A stretch of DNA of 63,538 nucleotides, the filler included, from Octopus bimaculoides (Eukaryota): the NCBI RefSeq assembly GCF_001194135.2. It is 7 parts of 7 records of this genome, joined end to end, with 100 filler letters (N's around TTAATTAATTAA, not from the genome) between each part and the next. Parts side by side here need not be neighbours in the genome. Positions count along the whole stretch, not along the records: positions 61,693 to 63,538 come from NW_026328142.1; 6 more parts are not named here. One strand, given 5' to 3'. The translations under genes and the position numbers were made by a program. Below, piece after piece: positions 62,363-63,538 of this stretch (position 1 is its first letter; each line of letters starts with the position of its first letter). The notes below the pieces were generated by a model. That model did not search any database and was not told the DNA's origin. It saw only the letters and a program-made list of their open reading frames with translations.

Positions 62363-63460
62363 CTAACGATAAGAAATGAAGGTATGTTTCCTCCAATGCT
62401 GGCATCGATACGCTCTCTGTGTTATCTGGTTTACAAGATAATTCTTGGAGAACAGAATATGGAAAAACTCCAAGTTACAAAGAGGACAAAAATCCTTACC
62501 TTTGTCGTAGGGAATTGAGTTAGCCAGTATTGACCATTCCAAAGAGAATTGTTTATTGCAATCTTTCAGTTTCCAGATTAATTTACTTAGGCCAGTACTA
62601 TTAACTTTATTCCTATCCGTAAAAGAAGAATAATGATTGGATATTCTCTTGGAGACCCGCGTCGATGAGCTACCTACATAAAACGAGACGTCTGTGTTAG
62701 TCATTACCTTACATTGATAAACCACATTCTTGGTCTTGGCATTCGCACTTAAAAACTTAATTCTATTAGAATTAGATTTCGAGATACTAATCTTATTGTT
62801 GTTACAGAGATTGTTATATTTACTAATATTGTACATATTACCTATATTCTTACCTAAATGACTATTGCCATCATATGAGTGTGTTAAATTACTGGAGTAA
62901 TTATTATTATTATTGTTATAAACATTACTATTATTATCATCATAATTAGGATGGCTAACTAGAGATGAATCTAAAAGTCTAAACTTATAGGAAAATATTA
63001 TCTGTAACAAATTTTTAGTATTAGAAAACCCAAATCTAACCTTATGTGTGTTAATTATTGAGTAATGGTGAGAACCCCTAGGAAAGTTCCTATTCACCGC
63101 GTCTCGGAACTACCAGACCAAATTGGATTTAACTTGTTTCCCGAACGGCAGGATGAGCCAGATATTATCATCAGAACTAGTTACAGTGTTAGGGTAGTTG
63201 AATAAATTAAGTTTTTTTGTTTTTATTAAGGTGTTTAGAGCCAGTTAGACCTCTTCCCTTATGTGAATGATTATAAGCATGTGCCACTTTCTCAGTAAAG
63301 TGAGAAGAATGGGAAGAAATAGAAATGGGTTTATCCCCGCTAGTAGAGGGGGTATCATGCTGAGCAAAAGACGAACGATCACTAAAAGAGTTGATGTATC
63401 TTACTTTGTCTTTATAACCTGCCTTCAATAAAGCTGAATTATAAAAGTCAGCCTCCTTAT
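62363..63460 (-). pseudogene. Penelope-like element: RT thumb, linker and GIY-YIG endonuclease
   Basis: EADFYNSALLKAGYKD, NIWLILPFGKQVKSN, and TKNVVYQCKV...FYVGSS...RISNHYSSF...STGLSKLIWKLK...CPLCNLE...CQHWRKH. Interrupted by stops. Confidence 0.9.
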
Positions 63461-63538
63461 TGATATACATATATATATGTATATATATACGTATATACAT
63501 ATATACATATATATATATGTACATATATATATATATAT

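Noticed and set aside
63140-63180. CTGATGA...GAAAC on the minus strand as a Penelope hammerhead
   Set aside because: It lies within Penelope linker coding sequence (SSDDNIWLILPFGKQ) and cannot form stem II.

Overview
Gap-ridden, repeat-saturated animal genomic scaffold with dense (AT)n/(AC)n/(ATAC)n/(GAT)n microsatellites. The SINE complement and microsatellite load resemble an octopus (coleoid cephalopod) genome; this is inference, not a database match. No complete host gene is visible. The recognisable coding signal is decayed transposon: four Tc1/mariner families (DD41D, DD34E, DD34D and DD37D spacing), three Penelope-like elements, RTE and R4/Dong-type LINE fragments, a Helitron 3' end and a Gypsy protease fragment. 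There are also about 30 tRNA-derived SINE copies or fragments. Most notable: (1) three sequence-unrelated GG...CC-ended (Merlin-like) MITEs within 6.6 kb, each carrying TTAGGG-type telomeric repeats, two with intact 8-bp target-site duplications (TSDs); (2) a hammerhead-ribozyme-like 36-nt motif with a non-canonical core, identical in two dispersed repeat copies; (3) a Penelope element with ~320-bp inverted termini and a ~135-codon in-frame insert splitting its GIY-YIG motif; (4) a plausible 149-bp host coding exon and a unique island with a perfect double-octamer palindrome. Most long ORFs in the supplied track are artefacts of N gaps or microsatellites.
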